Shown: one piece after another, positions 13,584-29,207 of the stretch
Layout of the letters: each line of letters starts with the position of its first letter
How positions within the stretch are numbered: position 1 is the stretch's first letter
Source of the DNA: Octopus bimaculoides
Lineage: Eukaryota
DNA length: 64,000 bases
Direction: 5' to 3'
Assembly (NCBI RefSeq): GCF_001194135.2
Contig: NC_068987.1
Location: 12,472,992-12,536,991 of the forward strand
The notes under the pieces: model-generated
Database searches by the model: none
What the model was told of the DNA's origin: nothing
Seen by the model: the letters and a program-made list of their open reading frames with translations, nothing else
Program-made: the position numbers and the translations under genes

Positions 13584-15425
13584 GAGAAAACCTTAATCCA
13601 AGTAAGTATTTCTAGTATCATGGAGTAACCCTTTTGATACCAACTCATTTGAAACACATCTGGTTCTGCACTACAAACTTTGTGTTTTAAAGTAATATAA
13701 ATTAAATTCTTCCATCAAAACTTCAGGCAAGTTTATGCTCCTAGCACCAACTTAAAATAGCTTCAAATTTTGGCACAAAGTTAGCAGCCTTGAAGGAGGG
13801 CATAAATCAATTACATCAAATCCAGTGTTCAACTGGTACTTCTGTTATCGGCCCTGGAAGGATGAAAGGCAAAGTTGACCTCTGTGTAATTTGAACTCAG
13901 AATAACACCAACTTAATAATGACAAAGTCATTTTACTATGTTCTTTAATATTTACAGAAGTAACTGAAAGAATATCAGCATATTTCAACAGAAACATGGT
14001 AACAAAATACGGTAACACTATCCCAAATTTAGAGAAATTTAATGTAAACTCACTATTTATTCTATACTTAGTAAAAGGTTTTTCATGATATCAATGATCA
14101 TCATCACCATCATCGTTTAACGTCTGCTTTCCATGCTAGCATGGGTTGGACGATTTAACTGAGGACTGGTGAAACCGGATGGCAACACCAGGCTCCAATC
14201 TAATGATATGTTTATTAAATATGCAATCTAAAATAATTGTAGATTCTACCTACTGAAACGTTTTATGTTTAAAATTCACATCAAGATATTTTGATTTGTT
14301 TTTAAGTTCACTTATACCATGATATATTATTATATAATATATGTTATAGTAATATATTATTCATTTCAATCTCAACCAAACTACAAGTGGGTGCTGAAAA
14401 GTTATTGGCTATAAGAAAATGCAGGAGGGTCAGTTGATCATGATTTTATTTAACATATTCCCCTCTCAGATTCACATACTTATTGCAATAGTCGTTCAGT
14501 GTTTTTAAGCCCTGTAAAAGAACTTAGAAGGTTGGGCCTCCAACTAGGCCTTTTGTGATACCCTTAAAGCCAGGAACTTTTCACTTTTCAGCACCCTCTC
14601 GTATAATAAAAATGCAACTGTAAAAATATAAGGTTATGTATTTACCAATAACTTTCAAAGTACAGCAACAGGATGTTCTACCAGCCTCATTTGATGCCTC
14701 ACAGCTATAAATACCAGCATCCTCAGGAAACACTTCAGCAATTATTAATTTATAGGTGTCATCGCTATTTTCATATGCAAATTCTTCAGAATTTTCAATC
14801 TTATTTCCACCATGTAACCAAGTGATGCTTGGTTTTGGCATTCCTAAATCAAAGTTTAAAGTTCCTTAGGCTTACATTACAACCATTAAAAAAAAGTATT
14901 TGACACTTAAAATGTAACTAAAGTGCAAAAACAAAAACAATAAGCAATTACATGAAACATTATACAAATAAGAGCATGTTAAAAATCAATTTAAAAACAA
15001 AGAACAAAAAATGAAATACTAATATTTCTAAGTCTCTCTAAAGGAGACTATGGCGGTATTGGATATTATGTTGGCTTGGTGATAACTATTAAAAAATGAA
15101 TTCATATAAAGCTAAGAATACAAAGTAAACTATAATTAGTAATTATAGGATATTTTTATACTCAAATATTTTATTAGATAAAATCGTAAAATTTGTTTTT
15201 ATCTTTTATCTCTTACTTATCTTAGTCATTAGACTAAGGCCATGCTGTGGCAATTGCCTTGAAGAATTCTAGTCAAATTAATCTACTCCAGGGCTTATTT
15301 TTTTAAAGCCTGGTACATATTCTCCCAATTTTCTGGGGTTCTATTTTTACCAAGCCACTAAGTTGTAGAGATGCTGTGATCAATATTGGTTGTCAAAAAG
15401 CAGGTGCACAAACATAGACACAAAG

Positions 15426-15466
<41 letters not shown>

Positions 15467-16438
15467 CACACATATATACATACATATATACACACACACA
15501 CATATATACATACNNNNNNNNNNTATATATATATATATATATAGCTTCTTTCGGTATTCATCTTCTAAATTCGCTCACAAGGCTTTGGTTGACCTGGAGC
15601 TGTAGCAGAAGACACTTGCCCAAGATGTAATGCAGTGGGATTGAACCCAGAACTATGTCATTGAGAAGCAAACTTCTTACCACACATCCATAGCTATCTT
15701 CTCCAATGCATTTGGTTGATATTTATAATTTGCTTTGATTAATTTCATTCAGTAGATGAAAATATTCCAGGCTACTTCAATTTTATAATTTTAGACATAT
15801 TTTCAACAATATATAGTCTGATATACCAAGAAAATATCTTACCAGTTATTTCACAAATCAAAGAAACAGCATCTCCATCTTTCACCACAAGACCAGTAAG
15901 AGGTTTTGTAACACATGGTGGATTTCCTATTTCAGTTATGGCAGGTTTTTCAATCACTTAAAAAAAAAAAAAAAACAGAACTTTGCTTTATATTATTGTT
16001 TACATCATGCATTTTTGCTTAATCCAATGCTGTTCATATAACATTGTACATCATGTGAATCATACACTATTCACTCTTTTGAAATAATTATAATTTCTCA
16101 GCTTTCATTCATTATAACTAAACTAGTTGACCACGTGCCATCAATAGTGATGGCTAATTGTAGTATTTTATATATAAATAAGTTACAACATAAGGTACAT
16201 GATAATCACACATACAAATATTCACATACTTCCCTTGTACATGCACACACATATACACATATACTCACACAGAATTGAAATGCTGATTTTCTTTTCATCC
16301 CATCCTTCCTTATTCATCTATCACCCCTTTCTTTCTCTCATTACTATTACTTTCGCTCAATCAGGGCTATTACTCTCACTACTTCTCCCTCACTGAATTA
16401 CTATTTTCTCTCCTCCTCTCTGTCCAGCATGATTCTGG

Positions 16439-16474
<36 letters not shown>

Positions 16475-19400
16475 TTTTCTACTCTAGGCACCAGGCCCAA
16501 AATTTTGGGGAAGGGGCCAGTCGATTCGATCAACCCCAGTACACAGCTGGTACCTAATTTATCAACCCCAAAAGGATGAAAGGCAAAGCCGACCTCAGCG
16601 AAATTTGAACTCATGACATAAAGACAGACGAAATACCGCTNNNNNNNNNNNNNNNNNNNNNNNNNNNNNNNNNNNNNNNNNNNNNNNNNNNNNNNNNNNN
16701 NNNNNNNNNNNNNNNNNNNNNNNNNNNNNNNNNNNNNNNNNNNNNNNNNNNNNNNNNNNNNNNNNNNNNNNNNNNNNNNNNNNNNNNNNNNNNNNNNNNN
16801 NNNNNNNNNNNNNNNNNNNNNNNNNNNNNNNNNNNNNNNNNNNNNNNNNNNNNNNNNNNNNNNNNNNNNNNNNNNNNNNNNNNNNNNNNNNNNNNNNNNN
16901 NNNNNNNNNNNNNNNNNNNNNNNNNNNNNNNNNNNNNNTTTACATTTTTATATTAGGAGATTGTCAGATCATGCAGAAGGAGAACCTGATCAGAACCAAA
17001 TTTTAGAAAAGGAGAATCATTGGTCAGAGAATGTTACAAAAGACAGTGCTCTTCACCCAATGAATTTAACCAGGCGAGAGTGAACAGAAACGTGATGTAT
17101 CTCAATGTATTTTATTTTCCAACAAATAGAGTACACACCTTACTATAAGGCCCCCTTCATTTCCACAAAAGAGGGCTTGGAAGAGGTCTGGCTTATGCAC
17201 AGCAGTATGTGTACTCCGCCGTCAGAGAAAGGGTATGTTGAGGAGTCTCCTTGGTTTTTAAAACTGAGAATGAAGTGAAGACAAGCTAATGCAGGCATCA
17301 AATGCTTACCCACCAGTTATTGTCAAAGTGCATAGGTCTCAAGACTGAGAATCACCACCTCCGTGTGTGTGTATGTGTGCACATGTGTGTGTGTGCATGT
17401 GTGTGTGTACACATGAAGAAATGTTGTTTAAAATTGCTCACCTTTAACATGAACAGTTGCTGATGTACTCGATTCTCCTGCAGAATTAGTAGCTTTACAA
17501 ACATATTTTCCACTATCACTTGGTAGGAGTTCTGGAAGCTGTAGTGTGCAAACCCCATTTGAGTATGTTTGGGAAGCAACATTACTCTTAATAATCTATA
17601 AAAGTAAACATATCAATATTTTCATAAATATGAAATGAAGCAAAATGCGGTAAGTAGCTTCTACTATTAGGAAGGGCATCCAGCTGTAGAAACCTTGCCA
17701 GATAAGATTGGAGCCTGGTGCAGCCTTCTGGCTTACCAGCTCTCAGTCCAATCGTCCAACCCTTGCCAGACTATAGCCTCAGGCCGACCAAAGGTAGACA
17801 GAAACTGAAAGAAGCCCGTCGTATATATGTATACATATATATTTATGTGTGTGTGTCGTTGTGTCTATGTTTGTCCCTCAACCATTGCTTGACAACTGAT
17901 GCTGGTGTGTTTACATCTCCGTAACTTAGCGGTTCGGCAAAAGAGACTGATAGAATAAGTACTAGGCTTACAAAGAATAAGTCCTGGGGTCGATTAGCTC
18001 GACTGGATGCCCTTTGTAATGCCAACCACTCTGAGAGTGTAGAGGGTGCTTTTTACATGCCACCGGCATGAGGGCCAGTCAGACAGTACTGGCATTAACC
18101 GCACTTGGATGGTGAATATTATCACACTAGTATTCTAAATTATAACTCAAGCTCAATATGAATAAATTATATTTTACCCTATCGTTTATTGACCATTCAA
18201 TATCAGGTTCTTCACTTGATTCAACAGTGCACTTTAAGGTAAGTTTGTCACCTTCATTCAGAGCCTGCGACTGAAGTGGCTTGGTGAATTTTGGTAGATC
18301 AATTTCGTCTGAAATGGAAATAAGATTCATTATATTTATATCATTTTCGTAATAATTTTTTAAACAAATTTTTAAGCATTTTTCATGCACACAAAAAAAA
18401 TATTGGTAGTGTGATTTTAAATATTTTTAGATTAATTTCCTTAAATGTTATAATTCACATTAGATATGAATATATTTATTTTTAATTAAATTTATGCATA
18501 CTCATATAGAGAAATTAAAATTTTGTAAATAAAATCTGAATCACTGTAAAGCATCATATTTCATTAAAAAGTATACAACTATCACCAATCAAAAAATTCC
18601 TAAAGTAAATGTGTGTATTATATTATACTTATAATAAATTAATAGATACATGGGAGTTTATTTTGTTTTTAATTTTTTTTTCCATTTAACACCACAATGA
18701 AAAAAAGGGTAGGTTATTGGAACACAAAGATGATAAAAAAGATGCAGTATGAAGCAAAATGTATATTAATATTAATATGGTATGCATCCTATATATATAT
18801 GTATATATACACACACACATACATATATATATATACATGCATACACATATTTATATGTACACACATATATATGTGTGTATGTAAGTATGAAATAACAAAA
18901 TAGAAGTCCATTTTCTCATTTTAAAGTTGCTTTGTAAATTTATTTCATATCTTTCTGCTACATTTTGGAGTTAAAACACCACATNNNNNNNNNNNNNNNN
19001 NNNNNNNNNNNNNNNNNNNNNNNNNNNNNNNNNNNNNNNNNNNNNNNNNNNNNNNNNNNNNNNNNNNNNNNNNNNNNNNNNNNNNNNNNNNNNNNNNNNN
19101 NNNNNNNNNNNNNNNNNNNNNNNNNNNNNNNNNNNNNNNNNNNNNNNNNNNNNNNNNNNNNNNNNNNNNNNNNNNNNNNNNNNNNNNNNNNNNNNNNNNN
19201 NNNNNNNNNNNNNNNNNNNNNNNNNNNNNNNNNNNNNNNNNNNNNNNNNNNNNNNNNNNNNNNNNNNNNNNNNNNNNNNNNNNNNNNNNNNNNNNNNNNN
19301 NNNNNNNNNNNNNNNNNNNNNNNNNNNNNNNNNNNNNNNNNNNNNNNNNNNNNNNNNNNNNNNNNNNNNNNNNNNNNNNNNNNNNNNNNNNNNNNNNNNN

Positions 19401-22400
19401 NNNNNNNNNNNNNNNNNNNNNNNNNATAACATTATAACATATATACACATATATATATGTATGTATGTATAAACATATAAATATATATGTATGTATATAT
19501 ATAGATATATATATACATATATGTGTCTATATATATACAGATATATACATATATATATGCATATAAATATATATGTGCATATATATGTTTATTCACATAT
19601 ATGTGTGTGTGTGTATGTATATTTATATATGTATATATACACACACACATACATATATATATATACATGCATACACATATTTATATGTACACACATATAT
19701 ATGTGTGTATGTAAGTATGAAATAACAAAATAGAAGTCCATTTTCTCATTTTAAAGTTGCTTTGTAAATTTATTTCATATCTTTCTGCTACATTTTGGAG
19801 TTAAAACACCACATTTGTTTCTTGTTAGTAAATATCCTTAATATATAAAACAATTCACTTCACTTCTAGTAAAGATATATATATTTCAAAAAATGATTTT
19901 GAATTACTGGAATATTCTAAAATATATACAAAAAAAAAAAAGCACGCCAATTCCCAAATTTTTTGTTAATTAAAGCAAGTTACCAAGTTAGATTTCAATT
20001 TAGAATTCAAACACAAACAATCATAAAGAAGAAATAGAACAAATCTGAATATTAAAATTAGTCTTGGAAAACACAAAATCTAAAGTTTCAAAAATATCCT
20101 AAAAAGTATAAGAAATATATTACATAAGATATGAATATATTGTCCAAATAAAGTAAAAAAAGATTCATAAATTGCCTGTAGATAGTTTTTTTGTTTTGAT
20201 TGCTATATTGTTATTTAAAACTCAGTTATGGGTGTAAGTTATTGTTATCACCTATTATACTTTCAATTGATGATTATTTGTTTGTTGATGAAATGAAAAC
20301 AAATTTATAATAAAATTTAAAATACAGTATGTTTATCAAAATGATTGAATTTATGAAAAAGTGAATAGAAACTGAAAATAAAATGTAATAAATTAGCTCA
20401 AAATGATAGAGCAGTATCATATATGAGGATAGAAAAATATTGAAATATAATGAATTTAAGAATTTTATCAATCTGACATTTGTTGCTTCTTCTCTAGTCT
20501 CTGCATATTAACATTGTAATTTATATCAAAAATATCTAATTTTGAATTTTCTTTTATATAACAAAGCAAATTCCTAGACTATTACAGTTAAACTTATCTT
20601 CACATGTTTATGCATTGTATCCTTACATGCAGTAATGTTTTGTGTAAATATGAAAAAGGAAAAGAGTAAAGAATATACAATGCTTCCAAAGTGGGGAAAT
20701 AAATAAAATAATTACAAAATGAGGAATATTAAAACATTCTTGTCAATGAAAAGCACCCCAAGGTCAGTCATAATTAAAAGAATTTTATGGGAAAAGGGGA
20801 AGGTCTTTTGGGTTGGTAAAACTTTGCACACAGTGTTATATATATAGGAAAGGTAGAATAGGGGGAAACACAAGGTAAAAATTAAGAATATATAAATAAT
20901 ATATGCTTTAAGAGATAAATATTGCACAACAAAAAAATCTTCTATCATTTGAAAAATCTTTCATTCCAAGTAGAGCAGAACTGACTCTTCTGCGGCTCAT
21001 GCTGCCATACATGCATATTGCATATTCACCTACCAGGTGCTATTGTCCTCAGGTGGAAGTTGAAATAGGTTTCTCTCATCATAGCTTTGTGTGGTATTGA
21101 AGTAGCCAATTATATCGCACTACTTTAAACAATCAAACCCATTATACAGTTCGCTCCAATTTCAGCCAAAATGTAGCCAAGCAAACTTTGAAAGGTTCTG
21201 TTTTTTTTTTTCTTTTTTTTTTCGAATTAACTTGGGGAAAAAGCCACATTTTATTGATTTATTTCTGCTTCTTAAATATTCTGAAGACTTAAGATAACTA
21301 GCAGAAAAAATTCCTTAAAATAAAATTCATTTTGTTTCTTTTTTTCCATAGGAATGTGTTCGATTATTATATGTGAATACATGAAACTTTCAAATTAAAA
21401 TTAATCAAGGAAACTGCTTATAAATAAAAAGTAATTCTCATTATGTTCAATATGCACTTTTGCATACATTTATATATAAAAAAAAAGTAACTTTTAAAAT
21501 TCAAATTATAATTATCAGAGATGTCTATATTAAAAACAAACAAGAATGTGTTTTAAGTTTCATAGTTTGACACTTACAATTTTTTCTTTTAAATACTAAA
21601 ATTCATTCTTCGGCAAAATGAATTTTTGTTATTTAATTTAGTTGTGGTTTCTTAAAATGTGGACAATTTTAGGTTTTGAGATTTTTACATTGTTTTATTC
21701 AGATATGAAAGTAAAAATTTTTTAATATAATATTTTATACATATATAATATATATATGTAATATATATATAAAAAANNNNNNNNNNNNNNNNNNNNNNNN
21801 NNNNNNNNNNNNNNNNNNNNNNNNNNNNNNNNNNNNNNNNNNNNNNNNNNNNNNNNNNNNNNNNNNNNNNNNNNNNNTATATATCATATATATATAATAT
21901 ATATATTATATATATATGTGTGTGTGTATATGCAAGTAACTACATGCATATGCATATATATATATATAGGTGCTGTGAACTATTCAGCTTGCAGTGCTCA
22001 AGACTCCTACTATCTGCTCGCTGAACTGGTAACTCATCTTGGAGAGGTGTAAGTCTTAGTAACAGCTGATGCAGGGTAGATCTGACTTTTGTTGCAGACA
22101 ACCTCTAGTGCTTGTTACATGATAAAATGTACCCAGTTGCTGCTGTAAAATGATTGTTGATAAGAAAGGTATCCAGCCATAAAAACAATTCATCCCACCA
22201 CTAAGGGGAAAAAAGGACGTACATAACAGCAAAGTTTTGCCAGTTTTTTCTGTTACATGGTGTGCCAGAAGACGAAACACATGGACTTATGTTGTGAAAC
22301 CCATTCAGTGTATGTCAGCATGAAATAGTGGACATCAAAATTGTGATGATGAAAAAAGATGGTGATATATCATATTCATTTGAAACTGATCACTCACTCT

Positions 22401-22782
22401 ATTGTTACTCTGAGTTTCCCCTATTTATGGAATGGTTCAGGAGACAAATGACTTAAGCAACATGTATTTTTTTTTGCTGATGCACCACCATTAATTATTA
22501 AAGAGATGTATTTTATGGAAATCTTTCAATTTGTTAATGAATTATGCTAATTATTTCCTGTTTCTGGGATCAGAATATACTTGGACAATATTAGAATGTA
22601 TACTTAAACTTAGACAGAAGCAAAATTTTCTACACAAGTTATATAGAGAAGAATTTTCAGTTAAAGCACATCAAAATATCTACATCAAATAATAATTACA
22701 GGCACTAGACTAATTTCACATATTCTTGATTAATATCTTTTTATTTCAATGGAAAAATTATTTTTGGACTGAAAACTAATTA

Positions 22783-22823
<41 letters not shown>

Positions 22824-23756
22824 GATGTAGCGTAACTAAGAGTATCATGATAAACATGATATATTCTATTCAACTCAAGAGTAAATTATCTAGAATTGGA
22901 AATTCTTTAAACTATTTCAAATTGAGTAAAAATCTATGAGGAAGAATTACAATATATTTTGACTTATAGATGGTATGAAATGAATATGTCTAATGAAATA
23001 ACATATGCAAAATACTGTCTTCTGGAGAAAAAAAAACACTTTGTAGGAAGCATAAAAAACAACAGAAACAGTACACTTAAACTAAAAAATTTTCCAGAAG
23101 AAATATTATGTTCTGATTCCTTATAAGCAATTATAGTTTCTTGCAAAAGAATATGAGCTGATAAATATGTCTTTTCACTTCTGATTATTTTGATAGTTAA
23201 CAATTTCATTGACTAAGATCATCTAGTGTGAAAAAAATCTTTGCATATTAAATTCTACGTACCAAACACTTTTAAAAATCTACCAAATATGAGATCAATT
23301 GAATAGCTAATTCAAGCAAGCAAATAATTTTTCTAGATGATTCCATACATGCAATGTACAGTTATTAGTTTTTTAAGTTCTATTCTACATGAAACAGATG
23401 CAAATACTATATAGCTTGCAACAAATTAAGATAAATAGAATAAGTGGTAGTTGAAATATGATTGTTTTTTCCTTCCTTCATTTCTTCTTCACCCCCACCC
23501 ATCAGCTGCGTTTCATAAAGGCAATTAACAAAAAGAGAATTGATAGATATTTATCATTTACCACACACATAAACACTTATACTAAATATTAAATGTGCTA
23601 TCTAGAAATATCAGCGCACATGTATTTTGCAATAAACATTGTTTATGAACTGAATTAGCCTTATAAAATTCAATTGATAGTGTATGAAATTAGGAGTATA
23701 TAGCTTGGACTACAATTTGGAAATATAGCACTAACAACGTTAAAATACAGCAGTCT

Positions 23757-23833
<77 letters not shown>

Positions 23834-26800
23834 ATTAGATGGAAAACTTTGAAAAGTTTATTGAATAATCTGTTAAATAAAACCTATCGGAGCATTTTTT
23901 TTTAACACAACACATTATGTCACCAAATTATTAATATGTATATAAGTAGCATACAACTCTAACTCGATATATGTCACATGACTTCCTGCTCACTTTCTTA
24001 CTTTACTAAAATAAAAATTTCCTTCTATGTATCTTTTGTATATGTACTTTATGAAATAGTAAAAGTAGTACTATAGGAAAATTCATTCTAATTTAATTAC
24101 AATAATTTAAAAAATTGTATGCAAAAGTATTCTTCAATTCTTGCAGATAGATATCTGTAAAATTAAGTAGAAAACCCAAACTACTTTTTTAACTTCAGAT
24201 TAAGAAGGATTTGTTAAAACAAAATAGTTATAAATTATTGAAATTAGTTTTTTTATATACAATTGTATTCAACTATTTGAAATATTAAAAAAAAAGACAT
24301 GAAATAATTTATTCTGTGACAGTATTATTCTTTTTCATAGTAGCATAATAAATTGAATTAACTTTCTTAATAAACTTAATATTTTTATTTTGTCCTTGCA
24401 TTTGGTTTGAATGGTTCTTGTTTTTAGATAATTTAGAACATGAAAATTTTATATTAAGATAATCATATAATATTAACTTAGTTTTCTTACTGATGATATA
24501 ATATGAACTAAATTTTCTTATTGAGAAATATTCAATTGATTTTATTAAGTAGACGATGATTGGTTATGTTATTTCTACAAACTTAACTCATTACTGTGAT
24601 GAAGCACATAAAAATAATTTTGAACCAGAAATAATAAACAAAGCAAATGACTGAAGGTGATTAAGAACAATTCTAAGTGAAAAATTAAGTTCTATGAATA
24701 ATTTATGAAAAAGTTTATTTACGAAACAAAATACAATTGTTGAAATTTAAGCAAATTTTAATAGCACAGGTCAATTCAGTATCTCTCAGAATATTAATTA
24801 AATTAATACATAAAATTGATCTAACTGATCAACAGAATCTTTTCTTAGTATTCTTAATAAGTTCATCAGTTTTTAACTGAGATACTTAAATAATTTTTTT
24901 TTTTTAATATTCATTGCAGATAAATTTCAAGGCTGAAGGAAAATTTACTAGGAAGGAGTATTGGGAAAAAAAATGAAGGTTAATGAATTACATTTAAATT
25001 TCTTCCTTCAAATAAATCAACCGAAAGAAGAAAACTTTAGTCAGTTCTCTATTATATTTATTTCTCTATATTTTTTCTTAGTTTTTTCAGCTGTACAAAC
25101 TAGAAGGCAAATTGTTATTAGAATTCACAATTTTAAAAATAAACTGATTTTATTTTTTTTTCCTTACCAGATAAAGAAATCAGAATATTTTTTTTTTTCA
25201 TACTAAAGATGAACATCTAAATAAAAAAATGCATATAAGAAATCTAATAGATTTGCTCCATTAAATCTAATCATTGAAATAAATAGATATTAGATTCAAT
25301 GTGTTGTTATATATGCATGAAGTAAGTTTTAATGTAAACTTAGTGAATTCAGGTAAAAAAAAAAAAAGAAATACTTAAAAACAAGATCTTTCTTGTTTTT
25401 CCATTTACCTTCTAGGAAGCGCACAGCCTCAGAATTGCTAAATTAATTTGCAAAAATATTTTATTTTCATTTTTTTTTTAATTGTTATTTTAGAATATAT
25501 AAATAGAATTCTTTTCCTTAACTACTAGTGTTGCCTGTACCATTCCAGACACCATTATTAGTAGCAGTATTACTACCTTTATTTTTCGCACTTTTTATAT
25601 ACTACTTCAGATATCTCAGTAGAAAACTGAGATATTTTTATTGGGACAATGATAAAGCTATTCAATCATTAATCACATTTAACAGTATTCTGATAAATTC
25701 AGTATTTATGTGTGTGTGTGTGTGTTTGTGTGTGCATGTGATATTATCTTGTAGATTTGATTTGTATTAGGATTACCTTCATTTTTAATTAAATACTAAA
25801 GGTTTGGCAAATACAAAAGAGATCTTTAAAGGATTGTCTTTTGTCCTTTTTTTTTTTTTGTTAAAAAAAAGTCAGTATTAATATTAATAAATATTGTCAG
25901 AAAATATAGACTAGTAGAGTTAGGCCAATTGAACCAACATCAAGTTGGAAAACTTAAATAATTAATTGTATTTTAAAATGACTTTTTGTTTTAAGATTTT
26001 TTGTATTTTGCATCATATAAATATATAAGAATATTTTTAGATTAAATCTCCATTTAACATACTTTTGTGTGTTGTCCTGCTGGATGAAGATGAAGAGTGA
26101 ACAGTTGTAGTTGTTCTGATTGTTCCATCCTCACTAGTAGTAGTAGTGCGGGAGGAATGTCTGCTGCTACTTTCCTCGTTGTCAAGAGAATTAAGCATAT
26201 CATCAAGATTCTTGGTACGTCTTGCAACACGGGTAATTCTGCTCTGTTTCTGCTTAGACAAATCTAAGCCTATTGGTTTTTGTTTTACATCACCTATGCG
26301 ATCTATAAGAAGAAAATAGTTTTGCAGTATTAGTATTCAATAGAATTTTTTAAATTTACATATCAGAGTTAATCATTGTTTTTGTTGGCATTCTGTCGGT
26401 TATGACATTGAGGGTTCCAATTGATCCGATCAACAGAACAGCTTGCTAGTGAAATTAACGTGCAAGTGACTGAGCACTCCACAGACACGTGTACCCTTAG
26501 CATAGTTCTCGAGGATATTCAGCGTGACACAGAGTGACAAGGCTGACCCTTTGAAATACAGGCACAACAGAAACAGGAAGAAATAGTGAGAGAAAGTTGT
26601 GGTGAAAGAGTACAGTAGGGTTCGCTGCTATCCCCTGCCGGAGCCTCGTGGAGCTCTAGGTGTTTTTGCTCTATAAACACTCACAACACCTGGTCTGGGA
26701 ATCGAAATTCCGATCCTATGACCGTGAGTCCGCTGCCCTAACCACTGGGCCATTGCACCTCCACTTTAATCATTGTAAATAGCACCTAATAGATCAGATT

Positions 26801-29159
26801 GAGCATATTTTACAAAAGAAGCAAAATGTCTGGTAGTAGCTTGCAAACTCAACAAGCTGTTCATATTAACTGGAAATTTGCTTTAGAAAAGAGATTATAA
26901 TAATTGATTCAATTATTAATAGAATAATTCAAGACCAAAGATTGCATTTAGCAGGATTTGAATTACGATTTTAACTTGTATTTGTATTCGATGTTGCATT
27001 TACTATAAATCCTCGAGTATAATCCGCACTTTTTTCCCAAAATTTAAAGGTCAAAATTTCTAGTGCATACTATATACGAGGTTAAAACTGAAATATATTT
27101 TCTAAGCAAAATTTTCTAAATGATAAATATGCGAAGGCAATTTACTTAATATTTATTTTTCACTGACGTTATTACTGTTATTTCTTTATTTTCTGCAAAC
27201 AAAGTGCACAAAAAAGCTACATGTTTGCATTATGTTATATATACAACAATAATAAAGGACGTTACCGTATATACATTTACAAACCAAGGACATTATACAG
27301 ACCTCCTTGACTCAAGTTAGAGAAGGGGTGCATATTATACACAAGGTTTAGGTTTTTCAGAAGTACAGCCCCCTAAAAATCCCCTGCGTATTATACTCAA
27401 GGGCAGACTATACTCGAGGATTTACAGTAATATAGCAATTAGTCATTCCATCTTAATTTTGCTTGTTGACCCAGAAATTAGACACAGACAAGTTTTCAAA
27501 GAGAAAAGGAAATGTATATAAATGTTTTTTTATCACAATATACAAAAACAAAATTAATTACTTTTATTATATGCAATATAACATATATAACATGATGTAC
27601 AATGTAATATATAAAGCTTGATGTATATTAATATATATATAGCTTGATGTATATTAATATATATATAGCTTGATGTATATTAATATATATATAGCTTGAT
27701 GTATATTAATGTAAAACATTAATGCTGAATGTAAAACATTAATGTCTGAATGTTTATATTCTTTGATTTTCCCATTTAACTGAACAACATTTATTCGGAT
27801 GGTAGTTCAGGGCACTCAGATTTAAGAAGCATAACCTCGGAATTTTGTCTAATGGATGAGAAGTATCTAAATAGTTATTGAAACCATCTACAACATCATC
27901 ATCATCATCATCGTTTAACATCCGTTTTCCATGCTGGCATGGGTTGGACGGTTTGACTGAGGACTGGCGAGCCAGATGACTGCACCAGGCTCCAATCTGA
28001 TCTGGCAGAGTTTCTACTGCTGGATGGCCTTCCTAATGCCAACCACTCTGAGAGTGTAGAGGGTGCTTTTACGTGCCACCAGCATGAGGGCCAGTCAGGC
28101 AGTACTGGTGACGGTCATGCTCAAATGGTGTTTTTTATGTGCCACCTGCACAGGAGCCAGTCCAGCGGCACTGGCAATGACCTCACTCGAATGTTGTTTT
28201 CCACATGCCACCGGCACAAGTGCTAGTAAGGCGACGCTGGTAATGATCACGCTCAAATAGTGCTTTTTTATGTATATATATATATAGCATATATATGCTT
28301 GCATATGTTGGACAAAGTTTATTGAGGCAGATTTTAAAATATATAACAAATATAAATAAATACTTACCTTCAACATTCACTCGGCATGAACTCTGAACCT
28401 CTCCTAGTGAGTTTTCTGCAATACATGTGTATTTACCAGCATCAGAAAGTTCAGCTGTGTGTACTTCTAATGAACAGATTCCATATGAATAAGTAACCAT
28501 ATAATGATCACCAGTCTTTATTTCTTTTCCATCTTTAAGCCATGTGACCTGCAAATAATTGTAATAATGATAATGATTATTATAACAACAATAACAACAA
28601 CAATAATAATAATAATAGAGAGTAACTGCCATTTCAGTAGTTGTAGGAGCACTTGGAACACTAACAACCAAGTTTGAGAAATATGTCAGAGAAATTGGAA
28701 CTGACATGAGGGTAAATACATGCTCAAAAAACTGTTCTATTGGAGACAGCAAGGATTTTGAGATTGGTACTTGGGTGTTCAGTATTTTCAATGATACCTG
28801 ACATCTAAGTACCGTATCTTATAATTCATAGAAACAGACCCTGTGAGACCTTTGACAGCATAATTAACTGCTTTCACAGAATTAACCGGAGCAAGTAAAA
28901 TTGAGAGCTCCGAGAAGTAAAATTTAATAAAAGTAATAATAATCCTTTCTATTATAGGCACAAAGCCTGCAATTTGGTAGGAGGAGGGCCAGTCGATTAG
29001 ATCGATTCCAGTACACAACTGGTACTTAATTTATTAGCCCTGAAAGGATGAAAGGCAAAGTCGAATTCAGCAGAACTTGAACTCAGAACTTAACGACAGG
29101 TGAGATACCACTAAGCATTTCGTCCGGAGTGCTAATGATTCTGCCAGCTCACCACCTTC

Positions 29160-29207
<48 letters not shown>

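Noticed and set aside
28549-28791. 5' extension of the 202-aa ORF beyond the Ig exon
   Set aside because: Intronic repeat and (AAT)n sequence upstream of the acceptor at 28549-28550.
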